Assembly: GCA_038065475.1 (NCBI GenBank) | Contig: JBBTQY010000005.1 | Span: 2,793 to 66,792, forward strand | Reading direction: 5' to 3' | DNA from: Patescibacteria group bacterium | Lineage (GTDB): Bacteria > Patescibacteriota > Minisyncoccia > Ryanbacterales > GWA2-47-10b | DNA: 64,000 nucleotides | Part shown: piece by piece, positions 1 through 10,292 of the stretch | Numbering within the stretch: position 1 is the first letter of the stretch | How the letters are laid out: each line of letters begins with the position of its first letter | Position numbers and translations under genes: made by a program | The notes under the pieces: generated by a model | Seen by the model: only the letters and a program-made list of their open reading frames with translations | Told to the model about the DNA's origin: nothing | The model's database searches: none

Positions 1-572
1 TCGATGTTGTGTTTCGTAAAAAACGCATCAGAGATATCAGTGATAGCGATAACAGCCGAATCAACCTCAGGCTGAGGTTTAAAATACGTGCGCGAAACTC
101 GTTTTGCTATACGCGCTTTGCCATACACTTGTACGGAAAGACCCAAAAGATTCATGTCGGGTGGTTCGGCGGTGATACGTTTTGCTACTTCATACTGCAC
201 CATGAGCACGATAGTTTCAGGTCGCGCGACGCCAGATGGCGGTTCCAAAAAAGTGCGCAAAATTTTTGCGGTGATGTAATAGGGAATATTTGCGACGAGT
301 TTGTAGTGCGCGGGAAGTATACGCGCGAGATCAACTTTGAGAATATCACCCTCGATAACTTCGAGTTTTGTTTTTGAAAAATTATCGCGCATGTGTTGTG
401 CAAGCCGCGGATCTTTCTCAACTGCGATGATGCGTCCCGCGCGCCCCTGCAGTTTTTCAGTGAGCACTCCTTTGCCCGGACCAATCTCCAAAACGGTATC
501 GGTGGGTTTGATATCAGCGGCATCTGCAATAAATCCCGCAACCTCTCCTGAGCGCAAAAAGTGTTGTCCCAT
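1..572 (-). CDS. rsmA: 16S rRNA (adenine1518/1519-N6)-dimethyltransferase RsmA/KsgA, 3' end runs off the window
   Basis: Reverse-strand translation from ATG at 572-570 reads MGQHFLRSGEVAGFIADAADIKPTDTVLEIGPGKGVLTEKL...ANIPYYITAKILRTFLE. The GQHFL, EIGPGxGxLT and NIPYxIT motifs identify KsgA. There is no stop codon before position 1, which is why it is absent from the ORF track. Confidence 0.8.
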   Translation of the reverse strand, partial: MGQHFLRSGEVAGFIADAADIKPTDTVLEIGPGKGVLTEKLQGRAGRIIAVEKDPRLAQHMRDNFSKTKLEVIEGDILKVDLARILPAHYKLVANIPYYITAKILRTFLEPPSGVARPETIVLMVQYEVAKRITAEPPDMNLLGLSVQVYGKARIAKRVSRTYFKPQPEVDSAVIAITDISDAFFTKHNI

Positions 573-606
573 AAGGGTATTTGCCCTAAACGGTTTTTCG
601 CTACCC

Positions 607-2541
607 TCAAAAGATGTCGACAGATTCTTCTTCATATGACGAATCTTGAGGCACTTGGTGTGCAAGGTCAATGCCTGCGATAAGATGCTCGGGAATTTCT
701 GATAAAAAGCGTGATGGATCGTTAAATGAAGTCTCCCCCCACAACATACGTCTGCGTGTAAGTGTAATCATCACTTTTTCGCGCGCGCGCGTGACCGCTA
801 CATAAAAAAGTCTTCGTTCTTCTTCGATCTCACTTGGTGTTTGCGAAAGACTATGCGGAAATAATCCTTCTTCAAGTCCTGCGATGATCACCACATCAAA
901 TTCTAAGCCTTTTGCTGCGTGTGCCGTCAGTAAAATAACTTGCGAATCTTTATCTTCGACTTCGGTATCTTGTGTGGCGAGTGATGCCTCTGACAAAAGT
1001 CGTTCAATGCCCTCGGGTGGGGCAAGCGCATCAAACTTTTTGGCAACACTCAAGAGTTCCTTCACGTTTTCTTGGCGGTCAACCTCCAACTTATTGCCTT
1101 TATAATATGCTTCAAATCCTGCGCGCCCGATGACGGCGGTGAGCGCATCGGTTGTATTTTTTGTTGCCACTGCCTTTTTGATATCCTCCATGATCGCCGT
1201 AAATATATCAATCTTTTCCTGCTCTTTTTTTGAGAGTACATCACTGGCAAAGTGCTTGAGTGTGAGCACCTTGCCAATACCGCGTGCCGGAGTGTTCAAA
1301 ATACGCTTTTTAGAGAGAGAATCGTCGGGATTTAAGGCGTATTTGAGATATCCGAGCACGTCCTTGATCTCCTTGCGCTCATAAAACTTAACACCGGCTA
1401 TGAGGCGATAAGCTATATTGCGCTTTAAAAAAGCCTCTTCAATGGCGCGTGATTGGGCATTGGTACGAAAAAGTACCGCAATCTGCCCCGGTTTGACCCC
1501 TCGCTCAGCAAGAGCTTTGACATATTCGGCGATAAACATGCCTTCCTGCTTCTCATTTTCGAGTACCGTAAGGCCGATTTGCTCTCCTTCTGCCTTGGTA
1601 GAGCGCAATGTTTTTTCTCTGCGCTCGGTATTGTTGGTGATAACGGCATTTGCAGCCTCGAGAATTGCCTTGGTTGATCGATAGTTGTTCTCAAGCGTAA
1701 TAATCTTCGCGCCATGCCAATCGAGCTCAAACTGCAAGATATTGCGCCAATCAGCGCCTCGCCATGAATAAATTGCCTGATCAATATCTCCTACAACGGC
1801 GATATTACGATGTTTGCCCGCAAGTAGACGCGAAAGGATATATTGAGCCTTGTTGGTGTCTTGGTATTCATCGATATGGATGTAGTGCCAACGTTCTTCA
1901 TAAAAGGCGCGTACCTCGTCGGACGACTGCAAAAGCATGACGGTTTTCATCAAAAGATCATCAAAATCAAGACCTTTGACCTTTTGGAGGCGCGCCTCAT
2001 AGGCAGCATAAAGGTTGCGCAACGCCCTCTGAAATGGGCTATTATCTTCGGTTTGGGCAAACGTTGAGGCGTCGATCATCTCTTGTTTGAGGCTGGATAT
2101 GGCGTTTTTGATGCGCGGTGGTGTATAAGTGTCAGGATCAAGCTCAAATTCAACGATAAGGTCTTTGATGATTTGGCGCGTATCTTCCTCATCAAGAATG
2201 GTAAAAAAACGCGGAATACCAATAGCGCGGCCATGATTTTTGAGAATATATACGCCCAGCGAGTGAAAAGTGTCAATAAAAGGCTCATGACCTGTGTGCA
2301 CGCGGATATGTTCGCGCTCCAAAAGGGCATAGATGCGTTCACGCATCTCGCCCGCGGCCTTGTTGGTAAAGGTAACTGCCAAAATTTTATCGGCAGGGGT
2401 GCCCGATTGGATGATATGAGCGACGCGATGCGCAACCGTCTTAGTTTTACCTGACCCCGCGCCCGCGATAATCAGCAAAGGGCCGTCTTTTGCCAGTACG
2501 GCTTCTTTTTGAGCTTCATTGAGCCCGTCAGTGATTGCCAT
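607..2541 (-). CDS. UvrD/PcrA/Rep-family ATP-dependent DNA helicase
   Basis: Walker A motif AGAGSGKTKTVAHRVAHII, motif II DEYQDTN, and C-terminal helicase motifs (VTRAREKV). 644 aa. Confidence 0.85.
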   Translation of the reverse strand: MAITDGLNEAQKEAVLAKDGPLLIIAGAGSGKTKTVAHRVAHIIQSGTPADKILAVTFTNKAAGEMRERIYALLEREHIRVHTGHEPFIDTFHSLGVYILKNHGRAIGIPRFFTILDEEDTRQIIKDLIVEFELDPDTYTPPRIKNAISSLKQEMIDASTFAQTEDNSPFQRALRNLYAAYEARLQKVKGLDFDDLLMKTVMLLQSSDEVRAFYEERWHYIHIDEYQDTNKAQYILSRLLAGKHRNIAVVGDIDQAIYSWRGADWRNILQFELDWHGAKIITLENNYRSTKAILEAANAVITNNTERREKTLRSTKAEGEQIGLTVLENEKQEGMFIAEYVKALAERGVKPGQIAVLFRTNAQSRAIEEAFLKRNIAYRLIAGVKFYERKEIKDVLGYLKYALNPDDSLSKKRILNTPARGIGKVLTLKHFASDVLSKKEQEKIDIFTAIMEDIKKAVATKNTTDALTAVIGRAGFEAYYKGNKLEVDRQENVKELLSVAKKFDALAPPEGIERLLSEASLATQDTEVEDKDSQVILLTAHAAKGLEFDVVIIAGLEEGLFPHSLSQTPSEIEEERRLFYVAVTRAREKVMITLTRRRMLWGETSFNDPSRFLSEIPEHLIAGIDLAHQVPQDSSYEEESVDIF

Positions 2542-2772
2542 AAACCGAGTATAGGGGCCAGCGCCTCATAAAGAAAGGATGGCAAAAAGTCCTAAAAATC
2601 GTTTACTGGCAACGATAAGCTATCTCCACACTCTATCCACAAACACTTCCTAAAAGTGTCAAAATGGGGTAGAATAGCCCCACGAGCCTTACTCAAAGAC
2701 CCGATGAGTCTATGACAAGACGATTTGGGCTCGCATGCATCTCGATCGCTGCGTTTCTCTAACTTGGTATCT

Positions 2773-3804
2773 ATGAGACCTTTACTACGGCATTTTTTTC
2801 TATTTGCAGTAGCGGCCGCAGTTTTGATGCCGCTTTCTACCTCCGCGTTTAGTATCGGCGGTTTTTTTAGAAGTATATTTGGTGTCTCGCAAGCTGATGA
2901 AATAACCCGTGAGCAGCTAGAGCCGATAACCGACCCTACTCAAAAACCATTCCCCTTTTTGTCATCAGAACCGCCAGCCGACCCCCATCAGATTGACACT
3001 CAAATTGTCGATGATACGGCTATCGCATCGTCAGTAGGTCCGTTGGGTAATGTCGCAGAAGCTGCCGAGAGTAGTATTTCATATAAAATTTCTACCTATA
3101 CGGTGCGCAGTGGTGATACGCTTTCACTTGTCGCGGAAACATTCAATGTATCTACACAGACTATTCGTTGGGCCAACGATCTTCCACGAAGCGGCGTTCT
3201 TAAAGAAGGCCAGGTGCTCGTTATCTTGCCGGTTTCGGGTGTAAAGCACACAATTGCAAGGGGCGATACCGCTGCATCTATCGCTAAAAAATATGGCGGT
3301 GACCCCGACGATATTATTGACTTCAATAATCTCGATCCCAAAGAACCACTTGCTGTCGGTACCGTCGTGCTCGTGCCGGATGGTGAAGTTACTGCCCCAT
3401 CAGCACCATCATCAACAGTATCACAACCAGTCATAGTTCGTGGAAGCGGGCCCGAGCTTATTGGATACTATTTGCGGCCACTCGTGGGTGGCACCCGCTC
3501 ACGCGGCATTCACGGGTATAATGGCGTTGATATCGCAGCTCCTCGTGGCACACCTGTTCGTGCATCAGCTGCGGGTACGGTTATCGTTGCACGTGGTGCA
3601 GGTTGGAATGGTGGATATGGTAGCTACGTGGTTATCGCGCATGCAAACGGTACACAAACTCTCTATGCTCATATGAGTGCGGTAAACGTCTCGGTAGGTC
3701 AATCGGTCTCGCAAGGTCAAAGTTTGGGCGGCGTAGGATCAACGGGCAAATCAACCGGCAATCACCTGCACTTCGAAGTTCGCGGTGCCAAAAATCCATT
3801 TTAA
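2773..3804 (+). CDS. LysM-domain M23 family metallopeptidase (peptidoglycan hydrolase)
   Basis: Two LysM-like segments (YTVRSGDTLSLVAE..., HTIARGDTAASIAKKYG...). C-terminal M23 motifs HGYNGVDIAAPRGTPVRA...GYGSYVVIAHANG...GSTGKSTGNHLHFEV. N-terminal hydrophobic signal; the start is probably the MRPLL methionine at 2773 rather than 2725. Confidence 0.8.
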   Translation: MRPLLRHFFLFAVAAAVLMPLSTSAFSIGGFFRSIFGVSQADEITREQLEPITDPTQKPFPFLSSEPPADPHQIDTQIVDDTAIASSVGPLGNVAEAAESSISYKISTYTVRSGDTLSLVAETFNVSTQTIRWANDLPRSGVLKEGQVLVILPVSGVKHTIARGDTAASIAKKYGGDPDDIIDFNNLDPKEPLAVGTVVLVPDGEVTAPSAPSSTVSQPVIVRGSGPELIGYYLRPLVGGTRSRGIHGYNGVDIAAPRGTPVRASAAGTVIVARGAGWNGGYGSYVVIAHANGTQTLYAHMSAVNVSVGQSVSQGQSLGGVGSTGKSTGNHLHFEVRGAKNPF

Positions 3805-3827
3805 AAAATATTTATAAAAACAAAAAA

Positions 3828-3858
3828 CTCCCCCGCAGCTGCGGGGGAGTTTTTTTTA
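3828..3858 (+). terminator. rho-independent terminator (A-run/hairpin/T-run, potentially bidirectional)
   Basis: CTCCCCCGCAGCTGCGGGGGAG perfect hairpin followed by TTTTTTTT, and preceded by AAAAAA. Confidence 0.7.
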
Positions 3859-4122
3859 TTTCCCAAAACTTTAGAGAAACCAATAACTTGCCTAACAGAG
3901 AATCTGAACAGCCAATCGAAAAAAAATCTTGCTGGATATGTCTGAGTAAATTATTGGCTTTTCTAAAGCCTTGCGGGCCCAACTTTGGGCGAGAAATTTT
4001 CTCTATTTAGTATATGCAGTATAGCATCTCTAAAAAGATTTGTCAATAGTGCTGCATTACGAATTTTTTTATAAGTTGTTAGTTATTCTTTTCGTAACCA
4101 TTGTAAATAAATTAATAGAATA

Positions 4123-4758
4123 TCATATAAAATCTATTCCATTGTCGCGCAGATATTTTCTTGTTTTGGCATTCGCGCTATTTTCCCAATTTGGGCGGCA
4201 CACCCAAACTTCCTGTATATTCTCAGGAGGAAGCAATTCAGCGATATCCATTTTTTCTAGAAACATTTTCTTCTCTTCCAGTGCATATTCAGCGATCTCC
4301 TCACTAATACGTGTGGCAGCTATCAAAGCAAAGAATCTATGATTTCCGTCCATTATTTCATATTTTTCGATTTCATTCGGATAGAGAATTGGAGGTTTGG
4401 GAAAAATTCTGTGTTTAACTATATATTTAAGACTTCGGTGAAATCTTCTCCTCCCATTCTCTCCGAGGTCACGTGAATAAGGATTTTCTTTACCTTGAAT
4501 GTACGCTTCATGGAGGCCTTGCATTGTATCAAAGTAGCCAGGTGAATAGGGCAGCGATGGAAGATGAAGTTTTTCTTTTTTCCATGTTGCATCATTCCAA
4601 AATGCGATTGACTCTCCCCCTAATCTTAAATTCCATATGCGACCCGATGGCGGCCACCCCAGAGTCTTTACCCAAGGAAGAAGCCATAATCGTACAACTT
4701 CTTCCGGGATATTGGGCACGCTAGATTGAACTTTATTGTATGCTTCCAAATCATCCAT
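4123..4758 (-). CDS. hypothetical protein with a DGNHR motif (possible ParB/Srx-like fold), in an AT-rich segment
   Basis: 211-aa ORF in a locally AT-rich block (3860-4780) between GC-normal neighbours. Motif MDGNHRFFALIAA resembles the ParB-type DGxHR motif. No other recognisable domain. Confidence 0.45.
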   Translation of the reverse strand: MDDLEAYNKVQSSVPNIPEEVVRLWLLPWVKTLGWPPSGRIWNLRLGGESIAFWNDATWKKEKLHLPSLPYSPGYFDTMQGLHEAYIQGKENPYSRDLGENGRRRFHRSLKYIVKHRIFPKPPILYPNEIEKYEIMDGNHRFFALIAATRISEEIAEYALEEKKMFLEKMDIAELLPPENIQEVWVCRPNWENSANAKTRKYLRDNGIDFI

Positions 4759-4783
4759 GTGGTCAAGCTAGCATTTTTTATAG

Positions 4784-6310
4784 CTAGCTCAAAAACAAAT
4801 CTTTTTTGGGGCGATATTGAAGGGCTTCCAAAAGATGTTCGCGCAAAATATTTTTTGCACCAGCCAAGTCCGCAATCGTACGCGACACTTTGAGTACGCG
4901 ATGATATGCGCGTGCCGAAAGATCCAAACGCTTTGATGCATCTTCCAAAAGTTTTTTCTCCGTATCTGCAAGTGCGCAGTGTGTTTTGATATCGCGCAGT
5001 GTCATCTCACTATTCGTCGCAAACTGCGCGTCACCAAATCGCGCGCGCTGCATCTCTCGCGCTGATGTCACACGTACACGCACTGCGGTCGATGTCTCCC
5101 CCACTTCTGCATCAGAAGATAATTTTTCGTATTCTACTTGCGGCATTTCCAGCCACATATCGATGCGATCAACAATCGGGCCTGAGAGTCTTCGCGCGTA
5201 GCGTTCGAGCGCGCTGTTGCTGCACGTACAAAGTTTTGTCGAACCCTTGTTGCCACACGGGCACGGGTTCATGGCGGCGGCAAGCATGATGTGTGCGGGA
5301 AACGTCATCGAACCTTTTGCGCGTGAAATGGAAATCATACGATCTTCAAGCGGTTGGCGAAGTGTTTCAATCACACGTCTATCAAACTCAGGAAATTCAT
5401 CGAGAAACAATACGCCACCATGCGCGAGCGTCACCTCACCGGGGCGTGGCACGGTACCGCCACCTACCAGTGAAACATACGAAGATGTATGATGTGGGCT
5501 TCGAAAAGGCCGTTCGCGTACAACGCCATCACGCAAAACACCTGCCGCACTATGAATTGATGTGATATCAAGCGCTTCATCAAACGAGAGTGGAGGGAGT
5601 ATTGATGCGAGTGCTCGCGCAAGAAGTGTCTTACCGGTACCGGGCGGACCGATAAATGCTACATGATGATTGCCGGCCGCTGCAATCTCAAGGCCGCGTT
5701 TGGCAAACTCTTGGCCTTTGATGTCGCGCAAATCAAGTTCAGGATTTTCAAGCTTTGGTGAAAACAGCGCCTGTTTCACTACTTCAAGATTTTTTTCTTG
5801 CATCAAATGTTTAGTGATGTCAGAGAAATGCGATGCCGCAAAAATATTGATGCCACCCACAAGTGCCGCCTCATCACGATTCCCCTCCGGTATATAGGCC
5901 TCAGTAAATCCACGCGCGCGTGCCGAGAGTAAGAGCGAGACAACGCCGCGTACCGGTCGCAGCGATCCTTCGAGCGCGAGTTCTCCGACAAAAAATTTTT
6001 TGTCGGGATCAAATTTTATCTGACCTGATTCAGCGAGATACGCGAGCGCTATCGGCACATCAAAAAATGCTCCTTCTTTTGGTAGATCTGCGGGTGCGAG
6101 GTTTACCGTGATGCGATTATTTTTCTTTTGTGGTGGACGAAAGCCAGAATTTTTTATGGCAGCAGAAACACGTTCGCGTGCTTCTTCTACTGCTTTGTCG
6201 GGCAGGCCAACAATCGAGAGGCGATGAAGCCCCGGTACCATATCAATTTCAACTTCGATAGGAAATCCTTTGAGACCGACAATTTGTCCCGAGTGGATTT
6301 TTGTCGCCAC
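4784..6310 (-). CDS. comM: YifB/ComM family Mg-chelatase-like AAA+ ATPase
   Basis: GPPGTGKTLLARALASILPPLSFDEALDITSIHSAAG. N-terminal Lon-protease-like domain and C-terminal ChlI-like region. 508 aa. Confidence 0.85.
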   Translation of the reverse strand: MATKIHSGQIVGLKGFPIEVEIDMVPGLHRLSIVGLPDKAVEEARERVSAAIKNSGFRPPQKKNNRITVNLAPADLPKEGAFFDVPIALAYLAESGQIKFDPDKKFFVGELALEGSLRPVRGVVSLLLSARARGFTEAYIPEGNRDEAALVGGINIFAASHFSDITKHLMQEKNLEVVKQALFSPKLENPELDLRDIKGQEFAKRGLEIAAAGNHHVAFIGPPGTGKTLLARALASILPPLSFDEALDITSIHSAAGVLRDGVVRERPFRSPHHTSSYVSLVGGGTVPRPGEVTLAHGGVLFLDEFPEFDRRVIETLRQPLEDRMISISRAKGSMTFPAHIMLAAAMNPCPCGNKGSTKLCTCSNSALERYARRLSGPIVDRIDMWLEMPQVEYEKLSSDAEVGETSTAVRVRVTSAREMQRARFGDAQFATNSEMTLRDIKTHCALADTEKKLLEDASKRLDLSARAYHRVLKVSRTIADLAGAKNILREHLLEALQYRPKKDLFLS

Positions 6311-6313
6311 AGT

Positions 6314-6670
6314 TTATTGAGAAGAATGTTTGATACAAGTTGTTGCTGCAGGGTTTGCCTCGAGTCGCGCTTCATCAATCTCTTCACCATCAACCGCGCA
6401 TTTACCAAACGTACCCTCACCAATGCGACTGAGTGCCGCATCAATTTCGCGCAACTTTTCTTCAAGAGCATTTTCTACACCAAGTGCATTATCAAATTCT
6501 TCTACTTCATCAGCCATGTCGTTGCGATCTGATGGATCAACATTGAGATCGGGATAGGTTGGCTCCCAGTCACCTGGTACATTGGGATTTTTTGTTCCCA
6601 CTGACGAAAGAGTTTTTTCGATTTGCTGTTTTTCCTCGCGAAGAAGTTTTTCAAACTTTGCTGTATTCAT
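6314..6670 (-). CDS. DksA/TraR-family zinc-finger-like protein (degenerate Cys pattern)
   Basis: C-terminal GTFGKCAVDGEEIDEARLEANPAATTC matches the G.YG.C..CG..I...RL...P.A..C consensus, with two of the four Cys missing. N-terminal coiled-coil. Confidence 0.55.
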   Translation of the reverse strand: MNTAKFEKLLREEKQQIEKTLSSVGTKNPNVPGDWEPTYPDLNVDPSDRNDMADEVEEFDNALGVENALEEKLREIDAALSRIGEGTFGKCAVDGEEIDEARLEANPAATTCIKHSSQ

Positions 6671-6682
6671 ATCTCAAGTTTA

Positions 6683-7540
6683 TCATCGTACGACGAGGCG
6701 TTCAATCGCAGCTTTGAGCGATCGCTCTGAGGTGGCGATAACCAAAAGTTCTTTGCGAGCGATGCCATAACCCACTATGCGCTGCGATGCCTCCCCGTAG
6801 CGTCCGAAGCGCGCATCAGTATTTCGTATGATGGTGTCATTGAATTCAATAATGCCCGGATCACGCTCTCGCAAGAGAGATGCAAATTGCCGCATGAGGG
6901 TAGTTTCCCACGAAAACATGGTACCGCGTATCGCTCCCTCATTCTTGATGCCAAATATAAAAACAAGATCAGACCCATAGTAATAGGTATTCCACTCGCC
7001 TGTGAGATTGGTATAAAAATCACCCGACGGCGGAAAAATTTCGAGTGTTTCCAAAAATTCTTTTGGGCTCGTGAGCGCGTATTCTTTGCCCGCGTCTGCA
7101 CTCAACACTGGCAGATAGACAAACGTATTGTCTGCATTTTGTCTACCAAAGCGTTCGAGCTCTTGGAAAAGTCCGGTACGGTCTCCTCGGCGATATTGTA
7201 TGACTGATGTTGTCTGCGAATTGATGATGGGCCGTGGGTATTCGGGTCCTGCAATAGGAGCGCCTCCCCCGCCCGCATTTGGATTTTTGAGTACAAAAAA
7301 ATAATATCCGCCGCCCGCGGCTCCCAAAAGAAGCATGATAAAAAGAAAAACTCCCAAGATGCGTGGCGCGATACCGGGCGCACTTCGCCGAGGTGCTATT
7401 TGATAGTCGCCCGCCTTGATTGATTTTTGCTGCTGCGCATAAATATCAGCAAACGATACTTGATCGCGCTGCAGCAATTGCTCCGCATCGGTTTTCATCG
7501 TGCGGATAAATACATCTCTCCGCTCTTGGTTCGGAGGCAT
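6683..7540 (-). CDS. hypothetical single-pass membrane protein
   Basis: Hydrophobic segment ILGVFLFIMLLLGAAGGGYYFFVL. No recognisable domain. Confidence 0.5.
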   Translation of the reverse strand: MPPNQERRDVFIRTMKTDAEQLLQRDQVSFADIYAQQQKSIKAGDYQIAPRRSAPGIAPRILGVFLFIMLLLGAAGGGYYFFVLKNPNAGGGGAPIAGPEYPRPIINSQTTSVIQYRRGDRTGLFQELERFGRQNADNTFVYLPVLSADAGKEYALTSPKEFLETLEIFPPSGDFYTNLTGEWNTYYYGSDLVFIFGIKNEGAIRGTMFSWETTLMRQFASLLRERDPGIIEFNDTIIRNTDARFGRYGEASQRIVGYGIARKELLVIATSERSLKAAIERLVVR

Positions 7541-7564
7541 AGTTTTTTTGGAAAAGAAAAAAGA

Positions 7565-9763
7565 TTACCTGCGGGGTGGGCGGCCACCTCCACCGCGGGG
7601 GCGATCACCGTCTCGGCGCGGGCGGCGCTCTTCTTTCTCAGCTGTGCGTGCTTCAGTCTCCTCAGGAGTTTCTGTCATCGCACGGATAGAAAGATTGACG
7701 CGACCCATTTGATCAATGCCGGTGATTTTTGCTTCTACTTCGTCCCCTACATTCACTATATCGGTTACCTTGCCCACACGGAAGCCAGCAAGCTCTGAGA
7801 TATGTACGAGACCTTCTTGGCGAGGAGCATACTCAACCATGGCGCCAAATTCAAAGACACGTGATACTTTACCGCGAACAATTTCACCCGCAGTATATTC
7901 TTTGGTGATACCGGCAACGCGAGCCTGGGCTTTCTCAGCCGCTTCTTGGTTTGTGCCGGTGATGTAGACGATTCCTGTCTGTTCGATGTCGATGGTAGCG
8001 CCGGTCTCAGCGATGATTTCGTTGATAACCTTGCCGCCAGGACCGATGACGTCGCGGATTTTGTCTACGGGAATAGTCATTTTGATGACGCGAGGTGCGT
8101 GTGCAGGAAGAGTTGCGCGAGGTGCAGGCATGGCTTTGAGGATGACATCCATGATGCGCAATCGTGCATCGAGCGCGTCAGCGAGTGCATCACGCAAGAT
8201 TTGGAGCGTTACTCCACCTACTTTGACATCCATCTGTACGGCGGTTACACCCTCAGAGGTTCCGGCTGCTTTAAAGTCCATATCACCATGATGGTCTTCA
8301 GGTCCTTGAATATCGGTAAGAACTTTATACGTATTTTCGTCCTTCATCATGAGGCCCATGGCGATACCGCTGACGGGGCGTCGGATGGGAACTCCCGCAT
8401 CCATAAGTGCGAGGATTGATGCACAAACCGAACCCATCGATGATGAACCATTTGATGAGAGTGTTTCTGATACAAGGCGTACGGTGTAGGGAAACTCTTC
8501 TTTGGGAGGAATGACCGCCTCAAGTGCTTTTTCTGCGAGTGCACCATGGCCAATCTCACGTCGTCCTGGAGAGCCCATGCGGCCTGTCTCACCTACGGAA
8601 AACGGCGGGAAGTTGTAGTGATGCATGAAGTGCTTCTTGGTGCGTACATCCATACCTTCGATCAAGAGTTCGTCGCCAGGTGCGCCCAAGGTTACTACTG
8701 ACAAGATGTGTGTATCACCGCGGAAGAAAAGACCTGAGCCGTGGGTACGTGCGAGAAGTCCGGTTGATGCAAAAAGTGAGCGCAATTCTTTCATGCCTCG
8801 GCCGTCGGGGCGGCGATCTTTTTCGATCGCGTTTGTGTGTACGATATCATTGATAGCTTCCTCGTACATATCCGATGCGGTTCCTTTTGAGAGAGTTGGA
8901 AACTGTTCTTTGGTGGCAGTCATCCATTCAGTTTTTAAATCACCAAGCGTGTGACTGCGATGAATCTTATCAGGCATAAAGAGCGCGTCTTCCAAGCGCG
9001 GCATAAAATGCTTTTTCAAAAGTTTCTCAGCCTCTTCGGGGGCTTCTTCGATTTTTGGTGCAAATTTTTTCTTAGAAATTTTTGAGAAAATTTCACTCTG
9101 GAATTCGTTGAGTTCGTTAATGTGTTTGAGCGCAAGCTCTATCGCTTTGGCAAATTCTTCTTCGGGCATTTCTTTTGCTTTGCCCTCCAACATGTTTACT
9201 TTGCCGTCACATCCAGACACCACAAGATCAAGTACATGTGCTGCGCGTTCAGTGTCAGTTGGGTTGATGATAAATGAGCCGTCAGTCTTGCCTACGCGCA
9301 CTGAGCTTACAGGCCCTGCCCACGGGATATCAGAGGTGCCAAGTGCCAGGGACGCAGCCAAAACGGCCAAAATATCGGGACTATTTTCTTCGTCGAGTGA
9401 AAGGGTCGAGGTAACTACCTGTACATCATGACGAATGCGATGATCAAAAAGTGGGCGGATGGTGCGATCGATAAGGCGACCGATCAAGATCGCTTCCTCG
9501 GACGGACGTCCTTCGCGGCGCATAAAGCGTGAACCCAAAATGCGGCCTGCCGCATAATACTTTTCCTCGTAATCGACAGTGAGGGGAAAATATTCAACCG
9601 TTTCGCGTGCGTTGTGCGACATGACGGCGGTGGCAAATACCGTAGTACCGCCAACGGTTACTATCACCGAGCCATTGGCTTGGGATGCGATATTGTTAAA
9701 CTCGACAGTTATGGTTTTGCCAGCGATGTCGCGTGTGAAGATTTGTTTTTCAAGAGTTGTCAT
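7565..9763 (-). CDS. pnp: polyribonucleotide nucleotidyltransferase (PNPase)
   Basis: 732 aa with two RNase PH-like domains, KH and S1 (GEIVRGKVSRVFEFGAMVEY...), and an Arg/Gly-rich C-terminal tail RPRRDGDRPRGGGGRPPRR. Confidence 0.9.
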   Translation of the reverse strand: MTTLEKQIFTRDIAGKTITVEFNNIASQANGSVIVTVGGTTVFATAVMSHNARETVEYFPLTVDYEEKYYAAGRILGSRFMRREGRPSEEAILIGRLIDRTIRPLFDHRIRHDVQVVTSTLSLDEENSPDILAVLAASLALGTSDIPWAGPVSSVRVGKTDGSFIINPTDTERAAHVLDLVVSGCDGKVNMLEGKAKEMPEEEFAKAIELALKHINELNEFQSEIFSKISKKKFAPKIEEAPEEAEKLLKKHFMPRLEDALFMPDKIHRSHTLGDLKTEWMTATKEQFPTLSKGTASDMYEEAINDIVHTNAIEKDRRPDGRGMKELRSLFASTGLLARTHGSGLFFRGDTHILSVVTLGAPGDELLIEGMDVRTKKHFMHHYNFPPFSVGETGRMGSPGRREIGHGALAEKALEAVIPPKEEFPYTVRLVSETLSSNGSSSMGSVCASILALMDAGVPIRRPVSGIAMGLMMKDENTYKVLTDIQGPEDHHGDMDFKAAGTSEGVTAVQMDVKVGGVTLQILRDALADALDARLRIMDVILKAMPAPRATLPAHAPRVIKMTIPVDKIRDVIGPGGKVINEIIAETGATIDIEQTGIVYITGTNQEAAEKAQARVAGITKEYTAGEIVRGKVSRVFEFGAMVEYAPRQEGLVHISELAGFRVGKVTDIVNVGDEVEAKITGIDQMGRVNLSIRAMTETPEETEARTAEKEERRPRRDGDRPRGGGGRPPRR

Positions 9764-10292
9764 TTTCGTTTGTTGTAGATCGTTGTTTTCTAATTCTCAT
9801 AATATATTTATTTTCCGCGCCGAGGTCGATAAACTCGTCAGCTGATTCTTTAAGTTTGAGTGATGTGCTGCGGCCAAATGACATTACTTCAACGCGGCGG
9901 CCGTTGTTTTTCAAATATTCAACAAGTGGTACAAAATCGCCGTCACCCGAGCAGATAACAATCGTATCTACGGTGTTTGCGGTACGCACAGCGTCGATCG
10001 CGAGACCCACATCCCAATCAGCTTTTTTGGCGCCGCCATAAAATTCTTGGAGTTCTTTGGCGCGTGTTTCAATGCCGAGGGTGACAAGTGCATCAAAAAA
10101 TCCTTTTTCTTCACCGGTCTTGGTGCTGATGACGTATCCAAATGCACGGATGAGCTGGCGGCTTGCAACAGCAGTTTTCAAAACTTCTTTAAAGTTTACT
10201 CGTGCGCCGAAAAGAGAGCGCGCTGAATGATACAAATTTTGCGCGTCGATGAAAACAGCGACGCGCTGATCTTTATGCTTTCTCAAGTCCAT
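9750..10292 (-). CDS. NYN-domain (LabA-like, PIN-related) protein
   Basis: VAVFIDAQNLYHSARSLFG ... TIVICSGDGDFVPLVEYL, the typical NYN/LabA signature. Overlaps the pnp start by 14 nt. Confidence 0.75.
   Translation of the reverse strand: MDLRKHKDQRVAVFIDAQNLYHSARSLFGARVNFKEVLKTAVASRQLIRAFGYVISTKTGEEKGFFDALVTLGIETRAKELQEFYGGAKKADWDVGLAIDAVRTANTVDTIVICSGDGDFVPLVEYLKNNGRRVEVMSFGRSTSLKLKESADEFIDLGAENKYIMRIRKQRSTTNENDNS

Noticed and set aside
9-639. ORF-track entries 9..377(+), 88..279(+), 185..610(-) and 337..639(+)
   Set aside because: They are alternative-frame shadows of the real minus-strand ksgA gene (1..572), whose in-frame translation carries the canonical KsgA motifs. None shows protein-like sequence.
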